Of a stretch of DNA of 32,000 bases, positions 19,081 through 28,963 are shown one piece after another. The position numbers and the translations under genes are program-made. The stretch comes from Desulfocapsa sulfexigens DSM 10523 (GTDB lineage Bacteria; Desulfobacterota; Desulfobulbia; Desulfobulbales; Desulfocapsaceae): NCBI RefSeq assembly GCF_000341395.1, contig NC_020304.1, forward strand, positions 1,800,001-1,832,000, read 5' to 3'. How positions within the stretch are numbered: the first letter of the stretch is position 1; every line of letters starts with the position of its first letter. The notes under the pieces are model-generated. The model did not search any database. It was given only the letters and a program-made list of their open reading frames with translations, and had not been told where the DNA came from.

Positions 19081-20775
19081 CTATTTTTTCTTTTTTTTGG
19101 GCAGTAAAGAAGATGCGACAAAGCCTGCGGAATACAGGCCGGCTCCCACAAGGCCGACAATCCCGAGTACTCCAAGAATACCCTGTTTTTTGGCCAGTGA
19201 ATCTGCGAGGATTAAAATGGAGGAACCCACGATAAGAGCAGAAATAATCATGGAAATTCCCATAACCCGGCTTGAAAGATCAATCTTGTCGGCCAGGTGT
19301 TCGATTCGTTTCATCTCAAGATTCAGGGTAAGCCGATTATGTCGCACCTGATCCAGGATTCGCTGCACATCAAGGGGTAAATTCTCTATAAGCTCCCCGT
19401 AATTATTCATGCTTTTCTGCATGCGATCTCGAAGTGCAGTGAACCCGTATCGTTTTGTCACGACCTCTTTGATTTGAGGCTCAACGTGTGCCAGCACATT
19501 AAAAGAAGGGTCAAAGTGTTCCGCCACGCCTTCAATAGTTGTGAGTGCTTTGGTGAGCATCAGCAGGTCGCTGGGACAGCTGATATGATAGCGTTGCAGC
19601 ATGGCGAAAAAATCGGAAAGCAATTTTGTGATATCAAGTTGCTTCAGGTCTGCGTTCTCAAAGGCAGCAACCATGATCTGTGCGTCTGACCTGAAATCCC
19701 TCTTGTCGGTGACGGCAGGATCCACATCGCTGAGTTCAACCACCACCCTGCAGAGCTTGTCAATGTTTCCCTGGATGATAGCTGCCACCAGATCAATGAG
19801 CTGTTCAGCAGTTTTTTTGTCCAGCTGTCCAGTCATTCCGCAATCGATAAAACAGAGGTGCTGGCCGGGAAGCAGAAAGATATTGCCAGGATGCGGATCA
19901 GCATGAAAAAAACCGTAACGGAGACACTGTTTGAAAACTGCATCTGTTCCATTGGCCACGATTTTTCTTCTTTCTTCAGGGCGGAGGCTTTTTGGATCAA
20001 CCGATGATAAAGGGCGTCCTTTGATTTCCTCAAGAGTCAGTACATTACGGGTGGATGCCTCACGATAAACCTTGGGAAAACTGATGTTGGGATCATCTTC
20101 AAAGTAGCGACGCAATTTGTCCGTTGCCTGTGCCTCTTGAAGGAAGTTCATTTCTTTTATCATTTCACGGGAGAACTCTGTTGCAACGGCAACAGGGCTA
20201 TAACCAAGATTGGAAAAATAGTCCTCAACAAACTGGGCCAGCCATTCGAGCAAGGCCATGTCTTCCTCGACAATTTTTCTGTTTCCGGGACGTAGAACTT
20301 TGAGGACAACGGCCGTACCGTTTACAAGTGTAGCTCGGTGTACCTGGGCCATGGATGCAGCTGCAAGAGGGGTTTCTTCAATGGCAGAGAAAAGCTGGTG
20401 GAGGCGTCCTGGAAACTCTTGAACTAAAACTTCCTCTATTTCACTGAATGGGACCTGACTGCAGTTATCTTGAAGGAGCTTGAATTCCTGGGCCCATTCG
20501 GGTGGAATGAGATCTGGACGGGTAGCCAGTATCTGGCCAAGTTTAATATATGTTGGACCCAGTTCCTCAAGTATCAGACGCATCCGAACGGGTCTTGAAA
20601 TTGAAGCATCCACCTGGTTACCGTCAGGAATGTCGGTATTTTTTTTGCCACTGCTGAAAGAGTCCAGGCCAAGGTCGGTAATAATCTCCTTAAACCCAAA
20701 CTTCGTAAGCACCTTTATGATGGTGGTAAGCCGCTTAGTGCTTCGAATTGTCCTCTGGATATGAGTCACTCTCAT
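19081..20775 (-). CDS. ubiB: UbiB/AarF (ABC1/ADCK) family atypical kinase
   Basis: 564 aa; LGPTYIKLGQILATRPDLIPPEW, MAAASMAQVHRA, FFHADPHPGNIFLLP, C-terminal transmembrane segments. Confidence 0.93.
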   Translation of the reverse strand: MRVTHIQRTIRSTKRLTTIIKVLTKFGFKEIITDLGLDSFSSGKKNTDIPDGNQVDASISRPVRMRLILEELGPTYIKLGQILATRPDLIPPEWAQEFKLLQDNCSQVPFSEIEEVLVQEFPGRLHQLFSAIEETPLAAASMAQVHRATLVNGTAVVLKVLRPGNRKIVEEDMALLEWLAQFVEDYFSNLGYSPVAVATEFSREMIKEMNFLQEAQATDKLRRYFEDDPNISFPKVYREASTRNVLTLEEIKGRPLSSVDPKSLRPEERRKIVANGTDAVFKQCLRYGFFHADPHPGNIFLLPGQHLCFIDCGMTGQLDKKTAEQLIDLVAAIIQGNIDKLCRVVVELSDVDPAVTDKRDFRSDAQIMVAAFENADLKQLDITKLLSDFFAMLQRYHISCPSDLLMLTKALTTIEGVAEHFDPSFNVLAHVEPQIKEVVTKRYGFTALRDRMQKSMNNYGELIENLPLDVQRILDQVRHNRLTLNLEMKRIEHLADKIDLSSRVMGISMIISALIVGSSILILADSLAKKQGILGVLGIVGLVGAGLYSAGFVASSLLPKKKKK

Positions 20776-20783
20776 TGTTTTAT

Positions 20784-21677
20784 TTAAGGAGATGTGAAAA
20801 TATTGAGGATGCCGCTATCTTGTTCGTAACTCTCGTGGAGTGCTACCATCCATTTCTGAAGTTGCTCTTCAGTGATCGTAATTGCACACTGTTGCCACAA
20901 TTTCTCACAGTCGGGGAGAAGATTCTGAATCTGAGGAAGCAGGGGGGATGTTTTTGCCATGTCCTGAGAGGAGGGCGCAAGGTAGCTGAGAACGTCACTC
21001 AACTGAACAATGGCAGCATACAGTGGAAAATCAGAGCATGAGAGTGGATGGTGATGAAAGCCGACGGCACAGAGGAGACTGGTGGGAAACAGCCAGCGAG
21101 TGAGAAGGTGGGTTCCTACTTCTTCGTGGTCGATTCCAATACGTTCAAGTTCGAGTTGCTTGCAGCTGATTGGGGGAGTTGCCGATAGCTCGAGTACCTG
21201 CTGGTAGTCGTCAGGTTTTGCGACAAAAAGGGCAAGTTTCCCAATGTCATGGATGAGGCCTGCTATGAAGAGTTCACTGGGGGAGCACTTAAGGTCGGTT
21301 GCTAGAATTTTCGCGGCAAGTCCACAGGTAAAAGAGTGCACCCAGAAGGCATCTATCGTATCCTTGTTCGTTATACTGATCTTCTGGAATGAGTTGAAGA
21401 CAGCTTTTCCCAAAACGATGTTATGTACCTCATTGAAGCCAAGGACCGATACTGCCTTATCCATGGTTGCAACTTCTCTGGGTATTCCAAAAAAAGCAGA
21501 ATTAGCCAGTTTGAGTATGGTTGCACACATGGCCTGATCCGGCAGTATCGCATTGACAAGGTCATCCACGGAGCTCTCTGGATCCGCGGTAACTGCCAAA
21601 ACCTTTGATACTGTTGCGGGTAGGGAAGGAAGAGAGTCAACCTGTCTGAATATTTTTGAGTGTTGCCGATCTCGCAT
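20784..21677 (-). CDS. HDOD domain protein
   Basis: 297 aa; VDSLPSLPATVSKVLAV, ALCHDIGK-like GLIHDIGKLALFV, GFHHHPL. Confidence 0.9.
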   Translation of the reverse strand: MRDRQHSKIFRQVDSLPSLPATVSKVLAVTADPESSVDDLVNAILPDQAMCATILKLANSAFFGIPREVATMDKAVSVLGFNEVHNIVLGKAVFNSFQKISITNKDTIDAFWVHSFTCGLAAKILATDLKCSPSELFIAGLIHDIGKLALFVAKPDDYQQVLELSATPPISCKQLELERIGIDHEEVGTHLLTRWLFPTSLLCAVGFHHHPLSCSDFPLYAAIVQLSDVLSYLAPSSQDMAKTSPLLPQIQNLLPDCEKLWQQCAITITEEQLQKWMVALHESYEQDSGILNIFTSP

Positions 21678-22096
21678 ATGTTGATCCTGAAAAGTAATTT
21701 TTAGTCCTTCGGAGGAATAGTCGAAAAAAACTGTTCGATCAACATCCTTATAGAATAGTTATTCCAGGGGGGGCTTCCCAGGCGTATGTTTTGCGTCTGT
21801 TCTGGCCATGCTGATAAACTGGTCAGATGATGAACTCCTCTGGCAATTCAGCAACCAGCCACTAAAGGCTAGTGTTTCCTTTGAGGTTGTGCAGACTATG
21901 AGGATTCTATCCATAGAAGAGCTGCCCCTAGAAAATGATATTAGAAAAGATAAAAGCATTTATAACAGTATATGATTTGGTTGGGCAAAAAACAAATAGA
22001 AATCAGAGGGAAAAGTATAAATACCAATCCAACCAGCATGGAAAGGGTTGAGTTGCTATGTATGATTGAAGAAAGTTGAATAAAGGCTGTGGGTGT

Positions 22097-23005
22097 CTAC
22101 ATCGCACCTAAGCGTTTGATTCGTTCCTGCATTGGTGGGTGGGTAGAAAAAAGATTTGCGAGCTGTCCCCCAGACAGAGGATTGACAATATACATCTGTG
22201 CCGTAGCAGGATTAACATTCATGGGACGTCGTCTGTTGAAAATTTCAAGCTGCTGCAGGGCAGAGGCCAGTGAACGTGGATGGCCGCATATGGCTGCTCC
22301 AGTGGCATCGGCCTGGTACTCGCGACTTCTGGATATGGCCATTTGAATAAGGGATGCGCCAAGTGGCGCCAGAATCATCATGGCTATAGCGCCAAGAATT
22401 CCACCACCACCACCGCCGTCGTTGTCATCCGATCTGCCACCACCGAAAAGCATGCCCCATTGGGCCATGGATGCCATGGTGCTGATGGCCCCAGCCATGG
22501 TTGCGGCAATGGTGCTGATTAGGATATCGCGGTTTTTAATGTGTGCAAGTTCATGAGCTAACACCCCTTCGAGCTCATCATGCTTGAGAATATTCATTAG
22601 ACCGGTGGTTACAGCCACAGCCGCATGATCGGGGTTTCTTCCAGTTGCAAAAGCATTGGGCGTGTCCTGATGCATGATAAAGACGCGTGGCATCGGCAGT
22701 TCCGCCTTCCTGGAAAGGCTTGAAATGATACTATGAAGTTGCGGAGCTTCCACGGCTGTTACCTCTTGGGCACCACTCATTTTCAGAACGGCCTTGTCAC
22801 TGAACCAGTAAGCAAAAAAGTTCATTGCAAATGCAAGCAGCAGCGCGAAGATCATTCCGCTGTTGCCGCCCAGTACCTGACCTGCCACCATAAAAACTGC
22901 TGTGAGGGCTGCCATGAGCATGCCCGTTTTTATCATACTTGTCATTGTTGCCTCCGAGGGGCAGTAACGATTCAGTGCATTTTGCTTTTTGTTGAGGCCA
23001 TACAA
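22097..23005 (-). CDS. htpX: HtpX-like membrane zinc protease (M48)
   Basis: 302 aa; GVLAHELAHIKNRDILISTIAATMAGAI and SRSREYQADATGAAICGHP. Confidence 0.96.
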   Translation of the reverse strand: MYGLNKKQNALNRYCPSEATMTSMIKTGMLMAALTAVFMVAGQVLGGNSGMIFALLLAFAMNFFAYWFSDKAVLKMSGAQEVTAVEAPQLHSIISSLSRKAELPMPRVFIMHQDTPNAFATGRNPDHAAVAVTTGLMNILKHDELEGVLAHELAHIKNRDILISTIAATMAGAISTMASMAQWGMLFGGGRSDDNDGGGGGGILGAIAMMILAPLGASLIQMAISRSREYQADATGAAICGHPRSLASALQQLEIFNRRRPMNVNPATAQMYIVNPLSGGQLANLFSTHPPMQERIKRLGAM

Positions 23006-23034
23006 TAATTATGGGGTGTCTTCTGTCAAGATGT

Positions 23035-23751
23035 CTACAGTTCTTTGAGGTTTAATTCCGGTTGTTGCTTATAGGCTTGGTTGATAAGGGACTTGAGCTC
23101 CGATTTGATGGCTGATTGGGAGGGAATTTCCTTCAGGATCGGCAGGAACTTCTCGACTGGCTGGGGAGGCTGCAGGCGCATTTTCTGTTCCATGCTGATT
23201 GCGCTATTACCATCAATCCCTCCTGACATTGTACCGGATGTTCCACTGTCTCCGTCGAGATTACGAAGAAAAAGCATAATGCCGCTGATATCGTTTTTCT
23301 GGTAAAAGAGTTTTATCTCTTCTTCGATAACGTTGTGATCTTCTGCAAGCATGGCTATGCGATTGCGGTAGTCATGTACATGGTCGCGCAAGGATTCGTA
23401 GACATCGAAAAACATGTTTGAAAATTGTGATTTACGGAAGAATCCGCGGACTTCCTGATCCTCGAAGAGTCGTTTGCGAATTGTGCGTGAGGTCGTCACA
23501 TAGGAGTCGAAAAAGAGAACATCACCAAGATTTGTGAGCTTATAAAATTGTTCAATGAGTGCGTCTTCCTGAAGGAGTGCATATATGCGGAGCAGGTCAA
23601 AGCCAATTTTCGTTTCAAGGAGAAGAGCAGAGCTGATGATATCTTTCTGGTAATCATCGGAGTCTTTTTCGATGATTTTGCGAAAACCGAAATAGCGCTC
23701 GGCAATATCTTTCTTGACTTCAAAGGCCAGCGTTTGGGCGAAATCTTCCAT
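23035..23751 (-). CDS. Conserved-looking hypothetical protein, mostly alpha-helical
   Basis: 238-aa ORF in a tight unit with htpX (29 nt gap), RBS-like AGGT before ATG; no family recognised. Confidence 0.75.
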   Translation of the reverse strand: MEDFAQTLAFEVKKDIAERYFGFRKIIEKDSDDYQKDIISSALLLETKIGFDLLRIYALLQEDALIEQFYKLTNLGDVLFFDSYVTTSRTIRKRLFEDQEVRGFFRKSQFSNMFFDVYESLRDHVHDYRNRIAMLAEDHNVIEEEIKLFYQKNDISGIMLFLRNLDGDSGTSGTMSGGIDGNSAISMEQKMRLQPPQPVEKFLPILKEIPSQSAIKSELKSLINQAYKQQPELNLKEL

Positions 23752-23760
23752 CGTATACCT

Positions 23761-23822
23761 CGCTAATAATCATAAGTCCATGTATCTGCTTGACAGTGGC
23801 TTACACTCAGATGATTATAGCG
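23761..23822. repeat. Inverted repeat in the divergent promoter region upstream of dnaG
   Basis: CGCTAATAATCAT (23761-23773) vs ATGATTATAGCG (23811-23822): 12 bp with one-base bulge. Confidence 0.7.
23790..23818 (+). promoter_or_regulatory. Candidate sigma70 promoter for dnaG
   Basis: TTGACA (23790-23795), 17-nt spacer, GATTAT (23813-23818). Confidence 0.45.
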
Positions 23823-23863
23823 TGTCTCGGTATTGCATGCATTATTATTTATAGGAAAAATAA

Positions 23864-25702
23864 ATGGGATATACAGATTTCGACGATGGTTTGCCTGCTA
23901 AAATTAAAGAACAGGCGGATATTGTACAGGTAATAGGGGAGTGTGTGGAGCTGAAGCGGGCAGGTGTCCGTTTTCTCGGCTGCTGTCCGTTTCATAACGA
24001 GAAGACAGCCTCATTTTCCGTACACCCCGGGCAGCAGTTTTTTCATTGTTTTGGTTGTGGCGCGTCTGGAGATATATTTGATTTCCAGATGAAGTATCAC
24101 AATCTTGATTTTCCATCTGCAATGAAAGAACTGGCCAGGCGTTATAATGTTGAAATTCCAGAACGCCCCCGATCAGCCCAGGAGCGTGAGAAAAGTCGTA
24201 AACGACAACTCCTGTATGAGGTGAACGAAAAGGTTGTCACAATCTTCCGCCGTACTCTGTTGGCTTCTGACATGGCTAAGAGTGCGAGAGCATACCTGGA
24301 AGAACGTAAAATACCTCCTGCTGTGCAGGAGCGTTTTGGACTTGGATATGCCCCGTCTCCCGACAGTGCGGGATGGAATTTTCTCGGCGCACAACTGGCG
24401 GCAGAAGAGAAGCTGGTTGCAGTTGAGGCAGGGCTTCTGGTGGAGAAGGAGAGCGGCGGGACCTATGATCGGTTTCGGGATAGGGTGCTTTTTCCAATTT
24501 ATGATCGGCGGGGACGGGTAGTTGGTTTTGGTGGTCGTATCATTGGCGAGGGGCAGCCGAAATATATGAACTCTCCTGAAAGTCTGGTCTTCAATAAATC
24601 AGCGTCTCTACTTGGTCTGTACCAGCAGGGGGATGAGATCAGACGACGCCGAAAAGCAATTGTGGTGGAAGGAAATTTTGATCTGGTCTCTCTCGTGGTG
24701 CATGGCTGTCCTAATGTGGTTGCACCATTAGGGACAGCCCTGACAGCTCAGCAACTCAGGATGTTGAAAGGTTTTTCGGAAGAATGTGTGCTGCTTTTTG
24801 ATGGTGACACAGCGGGTGTGAAGGCAGCCATGCGTTCGGTGCCTCTGTTTTTAAGTGAGCAGATAGCTGGAAAAGTGGCTCTTCTACCCACGGGCCATGA
24901 TCCAGATACCTTTGTTCGTGAAGAAGGACTGGCTGCGCTCAATACCTTGCTTGACAAGGCCATGCCTCTTCCTGAATTTGTTCTGCAGCAGTTGGTGGCT
25001 GAATATGGTCTGACTTCCTATGATGGGAAGATCCGAATCATAAAAGAATTACAGCCCCTGATAAAGGCGACAACCTCCCCCTTGCAGCGTTCGCTTATGT
25101 TGTCCCATTTTAGCGAAGCAATAGGTATCAGTCCGGATGAACTCGGTGCATCCATGCCTGGAAGGGAGGCCACCGTGCGGCCTCCGGTGAAGGAACCACC
25201 GCAGGAGCGTTCACGAGAAAGACTGGTTCCCCTGTCTGCATCACAAAAACGTTTGGTTACTCATATGGTGCTTTATCCGGAAGCGGTACATGAGTTAGAA
25301 AAGGCAGGGGTAAGGGAGTGTCTCGGCGGGACCGTGGGGGAGGTTCTGTTGCTTCAGTTGCTTGCCCTGCTTGAGCAGCCTGGAGGTGTGGAGCCGGAAG
25401 AATTGTTGGCGAAACTGCCTCAAGGGGGGGAGCGGGTAATGGTTTCCGAGATTCTTTTGAGTTCCTCTCCTGGCAGTAGCGACTTAGGGTGCCGTGGAAC
25501 AGATGAAGAATTGAAAGAACTTCTAACCTGGCTCGAAAGGGAGCAGTTGCTGCGGGAGTCCGGAGAGCTGGTAAAACTGATCAGCAAATGCGCATTGCAG
25601 AATGATCAGGAAGAGGAATTAAATAGGTTGGTATTGAAGAAGATGAGTGTGGACAATCGACTTCAGGAGCTTCGACAAACAAATGTACTTCAGGACGGGT
25701 GA
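23864..25702 (+). CDS. dnaG: DNA primase
   Basis: 612 aa; CCPFHNEKTASFSVHPGQQFFHCFGCGASGDIFDF, RVLFPIYDRRGRVVGFGGRIIG, LLFDGDTAGVKAAMR. Confidence 0.98.
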   Translation: MGYTDFDDGLPAKIKEQADIVQVIGECVELKRAGVRFLGCCPFHNEKTASFSVHPGQQFFHCFGCGASGDIFDFQMKYHNLDFPSAMKELARRYNVEIPERPRSAQEREKSRKRQLLYEVNEKVVTIFRRTLLASDMAKSARAYLEERKIPPAVQERFGLGYAPSPDSAGWNFLGAQLAAEEKLVAVEAGLLVEKESGGTYDRFRDRVLFPIYDRRGRVVGFGGRIIGEGQPKYMNSPESLVFNKSASLLGLYQQGDEIRRRRKAIVVEGNFDLVSLVVHGCPNVVAPLGTALTAQQLRMLKGFSEECVLLFDGDTAGVKAAMRSVPLFLSEQIAGKVALLPTGHDPDTFVREEGLAALNTLLDKAMPLPEFVLQQLVAEYGLTSYDGKIRIIKELQPLIKATTSPLQRSLMLSHFSEAIGISPDELGASMPGREATVRPPVKEPPQERSRERLVPLSASQKRLVTHMVLYPEAVHELEKAGVRECLGGTVGEVLLLQLLALLEQPGGVEPEELLAKLPQGGERVMVSEILLSSSPGSSDLGCRGTDEELKELLTWLEREQLLRESGELVKLISKCALQNDQEEELNRLVLKKMSVDNRLQELRQTNVLQDG

Positions 25703-26042
25703 TTTAAGGGGGCCTGGTTTTCTTTTGCACTGAATTCCTGGAAGTTGAGTAAGTATACTAGAGTACGGGTTTTTTTCTTCTACCGCAGGCCAGGTGGGGA
25801 AACAGAGTGGTGTTGTCGTAATTGCTTGTAGTTGTTCGTTTATTTTCTTTTTGTTGTTTCTGTTGATCAAGTGTTGTGTTGCTAATTATCCTTTTTTTTT
25901 AATTATTTAAGCTGAAATGATTGAATATCATTTTAAATTACGATATTGTACAGGCGAAGAGAGGAGTGTTACGTTGCGGTATTGTTGTGTGACCGTCTTC
26001 TGCTTTTATGCAGAAACAGGTTGAAAGACCGGAGGGGGATGA

Positions 26043-27665
26043 ATGGTTGATGATGACCAGGCGAAGGATGAAGTAACGGGGCGAGTTGATGAAGGTATAC
26101 TGGACCTGACGGGTATTTTTGAGTCAGGAGAGAAGATCTGCTCTGTTGGTCTTCCTGATGGGATAGATGAGGATCGTCGTAATCCCAGAATAGGAGACAG
26201 GCGGAAGGGCTTTTTTAGCGACCGAAGAAGCAAACAGCGGCGTCTTGCCAGGATTTCTAAGCGTAACAATGATCATGCTGTCGATCCAATGTCTATTTAT
26301 CTTCGTGAAATGGGCACATTGACATTGCTCAGCCATGATGAAGAGCTTGAACTTGCCCGAATGATGGAAGAGGGGTTGCTCCGCGTTCAGGGCGCTGTAC
26401 TTTCCACTCCTCTTGCAATCTCGGCACTGGAGGAAATTGCTGAAGAGTTGCGTAAGGACACAATTAAGATTTTTAATATTGTGCGTGGTATCCAGGATAC
26501 TCAGACTGCTCTTGTTCGCAAAGAAAAAAAACGGTTTCTCACCAGAGTGGATAAAGCTCTTGAGCTTGAGGAAAAGCGAAAAAAGTTACAGCAGGATCTT
26601 ATCGTTTGTGCAGAGGATATAGAAAAAACAGAAGTGATCAGCAAAGAAATGCTGGCTATTTCTACAGACATTGCCGCTCTGTTCAGCGATCGGATTTTAT
26701 GTACCCGTTGCATTAATGGTGTTGCCTCTAATTTGAAAGACTTGTCTCAACGTTTCAGGCGGATACGTGTTGAGGTTGTAAAAGCTCAAAAACTTGCCGC
26801 CGCAGACAGTGGGGCACCTGAAATGACTCCTGCTGAACTTGAGTTTCATATCGGTATGCAGATGAAGGAAGGGCTGGGTTTTGGTTATCGTGCTCTCAAT
26901 GCTGTTGTCCATGAGATTGAGGCGGGGCGGGATATTTATAAACATGCCAAAGAGTCACTTGTTAGGGCCAATCTCCGTCTGGTGATCTCCATTTCTAAGA
27001 AATTTGTCAACCGCGGTCTTCAGTTTCCCGATCTTATTCAGGAGGGGAATATCGGTTTGATGAAGGCGGTGGACAAATTTGACTATCATCGTGGGTATAA
27101 ATTCAGTACCTATGCAACATGGTGGATTCGACAGTCGATTACCCGTGGTATTGCAGACCAGGGACGGACGATTCGTCTTCCCGTGCATATGATTGAGACG
27201 ATTAATCGTCTGCTCAGAGTGTCAAAAGATTTTATCCGTGAAGAAAATCGTGAGCCTACTCCGGAAGAGATGGCTGAACAGCTTGGAACTGATGTCACCA
27301 AGGTAAAGGCTGCTCTGAAAACTGCGAAAGATGCCATCTCCCTCGATACCCCTGTTGGTGATGATGAGGAAACATTCCTTGGCGATTTTATCGAGGATTG
27401 TACAACACTTGGTCCTCATGATGCATCCATGGTTGAAAGTTTGAAAGAGTGTCTCTGCAAGGTGATGTCTTCACTTTCGCCCCGTGAGGCAAAGGTTGTG
27501 CGGATGCGTTATGGAATTGATGTTGGCTGTGACCATACTCTGGAGGAGGTTGGGAAATGTTTTGCTGTGACGAGGGAACGTATCCGCCAGATTGAGGCGC
27601 AGGCGATTAAGAAGTTGAAACATCCCTCCCGTGTTGATGAGTTACGAGTATTTATGACTGACTGA
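26043..27665 (+). CDS. rpoD: Primary sigma factor RpoD
   Basis: 540 aa; [81 protein letters not shown]. Confidence 0.96.
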   Translation: MVDDDQAKDEVTGRVDEGILDLTGIFESGEKICSVGLPDGIDEDRRNPRIGDRRKGFFSDRRSKQRRLARISKRNNDHAVDPMSIYLREMGTLTLLSHDEELELARMMEEGLLRVQGAVLSTPLAISALEEIAEELRKDTIKIFNIVRGIQDTQTALVRKEKKRFLTRVDKALELEEKRKKLQQDLIVCAEDIEKTEVISKEMLAISTDIAALFSDRILCTRCINGVASNLKDLSQRFRRIRVEVVKAQKLAAADSGAPEMTPAELEFHIGMQMKEGLGFGYRALNAVVHEIEAGRDIYKHAKESLVRANLRLVISISKKFVNRGLQFPDLIQEGNIGLMKAVDKFDYHRGYKFSTYATWWIRQSITRGIADQGRTIRLPVHMIETINRLLRVSKDFIREENREPTPEEMAEQLGTDVTKVKAALKTAKDAISLDTPVGDDEETFLGDFIEDCTTLGPHDASMVESLKECLCKVMSSLSPREAKVVRMRYGIDVGCDHTLEEVGKCFAVTRERIRQIEAQAIKKLKHPSRVDELRVFMTD

Positions 27666-27690
27666 TTTACTTGGGCTTGTGTGATTATCT

Positions 27691-27715
27691 TCCCGGACTT
27701 TGTCCGGGATTTTTG
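27691..27715 (+). terminator. Rho-independent terminator after rpoD
   Basis: TCCCGGA (27691-27697) / TCCGGGA (27703-27709) followed by TTTTTG. Confidence 0.85.
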
Positions 27716-27735
27716 TTTGGTGTGTAGAGAGATAT

Positions 27736-28842
27736 ATGTCGCAACCTTCAGTAATTGACTGGATGGCGCTAAGCTTTGTTCCTGGTCTCGGAAGCAAAGG
27801 CCTTGTGCAGTTGCTCTCCCACTTCGGTAGTCCGCGGGAAGTATTTCTGGCAGGTAAGAAGGGAGTGAGTGACAGTGGAGTCCGAAAAAATGTTGCTGCC
27901 GGTTTTGCAGATTCCGCGTCTCTCTATCGGAAAGCAGAAACTCTCCTGAAACGTCTGCAGAGTGGTGGTGCAGATGCTGTTTGTTTTGATGATCCCCGTT
28001 ACCCCCAGCTCTTAAAGGAGATTGCAGATTCGCCCCCGGTGCTCTACGTGCAAGGGCGTATTGCACTACTGAGTTCTTTGTGCATTGGAATGGTTGGTTC
28101 TCGTGCGGCGACGGGCTATGGCAAGCGGAGCAGCTTTTCGCTGGCACGGGCTCTGGCGTCATCGGGAGTAACAGTGGTTTCCGGCTTAGCTGCAGGTATT
28201 GACAGTGAGGCGCATCGTGGTGCTCTGTCGGTACGAGGGGCAACGATCGGTGTTCTTGGCTGCGGTCTTGATGTCGTCTACCCACGGCAAAATGGTGCCC
28301 TGTATGATCAGATTCGCAGAGACGGACTTCTTGTCAGTGAATATCCATTGGGAACGCGACCGGATGGTTTTCGATTTCCAGCTAGAAACCGGATTATTGC
28401 CGGATTGAGCAAGGGAGTTCTGGTTGTGGAGGCGGCAAAAAAATCGGGATCTTTAATCACGGCGGAAATGGCTCTTGATGAAGGTCGGGAAGTTTTTGCA
28501 GTACCGGGCCAGATTGATTCTTTTAAGAGCACGGGTACTCACTGGCTGTTGCAGCAGGGCGCAAATCTTGTACAATCGGTGGACGATATTCTGGCCGGAC
28601 TTGGTTGTGATTTGAATGGAACTGGGAGCAATGAACAGACTCTGGGGGATTCCTCTTGTGATAATATTGGTCCAGAGGCACGTGAGTTACTGAAAAAGAT
28701 CGATGTGTATGCCATACCAAGGAATGAACTGATAGCGGTCTCAGGACTTGGGTCTGCCAAAGTAACAGAGTTGTTGCTTCTCCTTGAGCTGGAAGGATTG
28801 ATAGAGATGTTGCCGGGGGATGAAGTAAGGTGTGTTGTGTGA
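27736..28842 (+). CDS. dprA: DNA processing protein DprA
   Basis: YPQLLKEIADSPPVLYVQG, GMVGSRAATGYG, VVSGLAAGIDSEAHRGAL. ATG at 27736 preferred over 27700, which lies inside the rpoD terminator. Confidence 0.95.
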   Translation: MSQPSVIDWMALSFVPGLGSKGLVQLLSHFGSPREVFLAGKKGVSDSGVRKNVAAGFADSASLYRKAETLLKRLQSGGADAVCFDDPRYPQLLKEIADSPPVLYVQGRIALLSSLCIGMVGSRAATGYGKRSSFSLARALASSGVTVVSGLAAGIDSEAHRGALSVRGATIGVLGCGLDVVYPRQNGALYDQIRRDGLLVSEYPLGTRPDGFRFPARNRIIAGLSKGVLVVEAAKKSGSLITAEMALDEGREVFAVPGQIDSFKSTGTHWLLQQGANLVQSVDDILAGLGCDLNGTGSNEQTLGDSSCDNIGPEARELLKKIDVYAIPRNELIAVSGLGSAKVTELLLLLELEGLIEMLPGDEVRCVV

Positions 28843-28963
28843 CACGGGAAAGTGATGAACGATGCAGAGTTCTGTTGTTGGGGGAAACGGATAAATATGT
28901 TATGTGCTGAGTATGAATCCAGCTGTAGCAATATATTTTAACAGAAATAAATAGAGGAAGACC

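Noticed and set aside
25725-25759. Promoter TTGCAC ... TATACT before rpoD
   Set aside because: Spacing of 23 nt is too long for a standard sigma70 promoter.
27509-28285. Minus-strand 258-aa ORF
   Set aside because: Antisense to rpoD/dprA and crosses the rpoD terminator hairpin; Ser/Pro/His-rich shadow composition.
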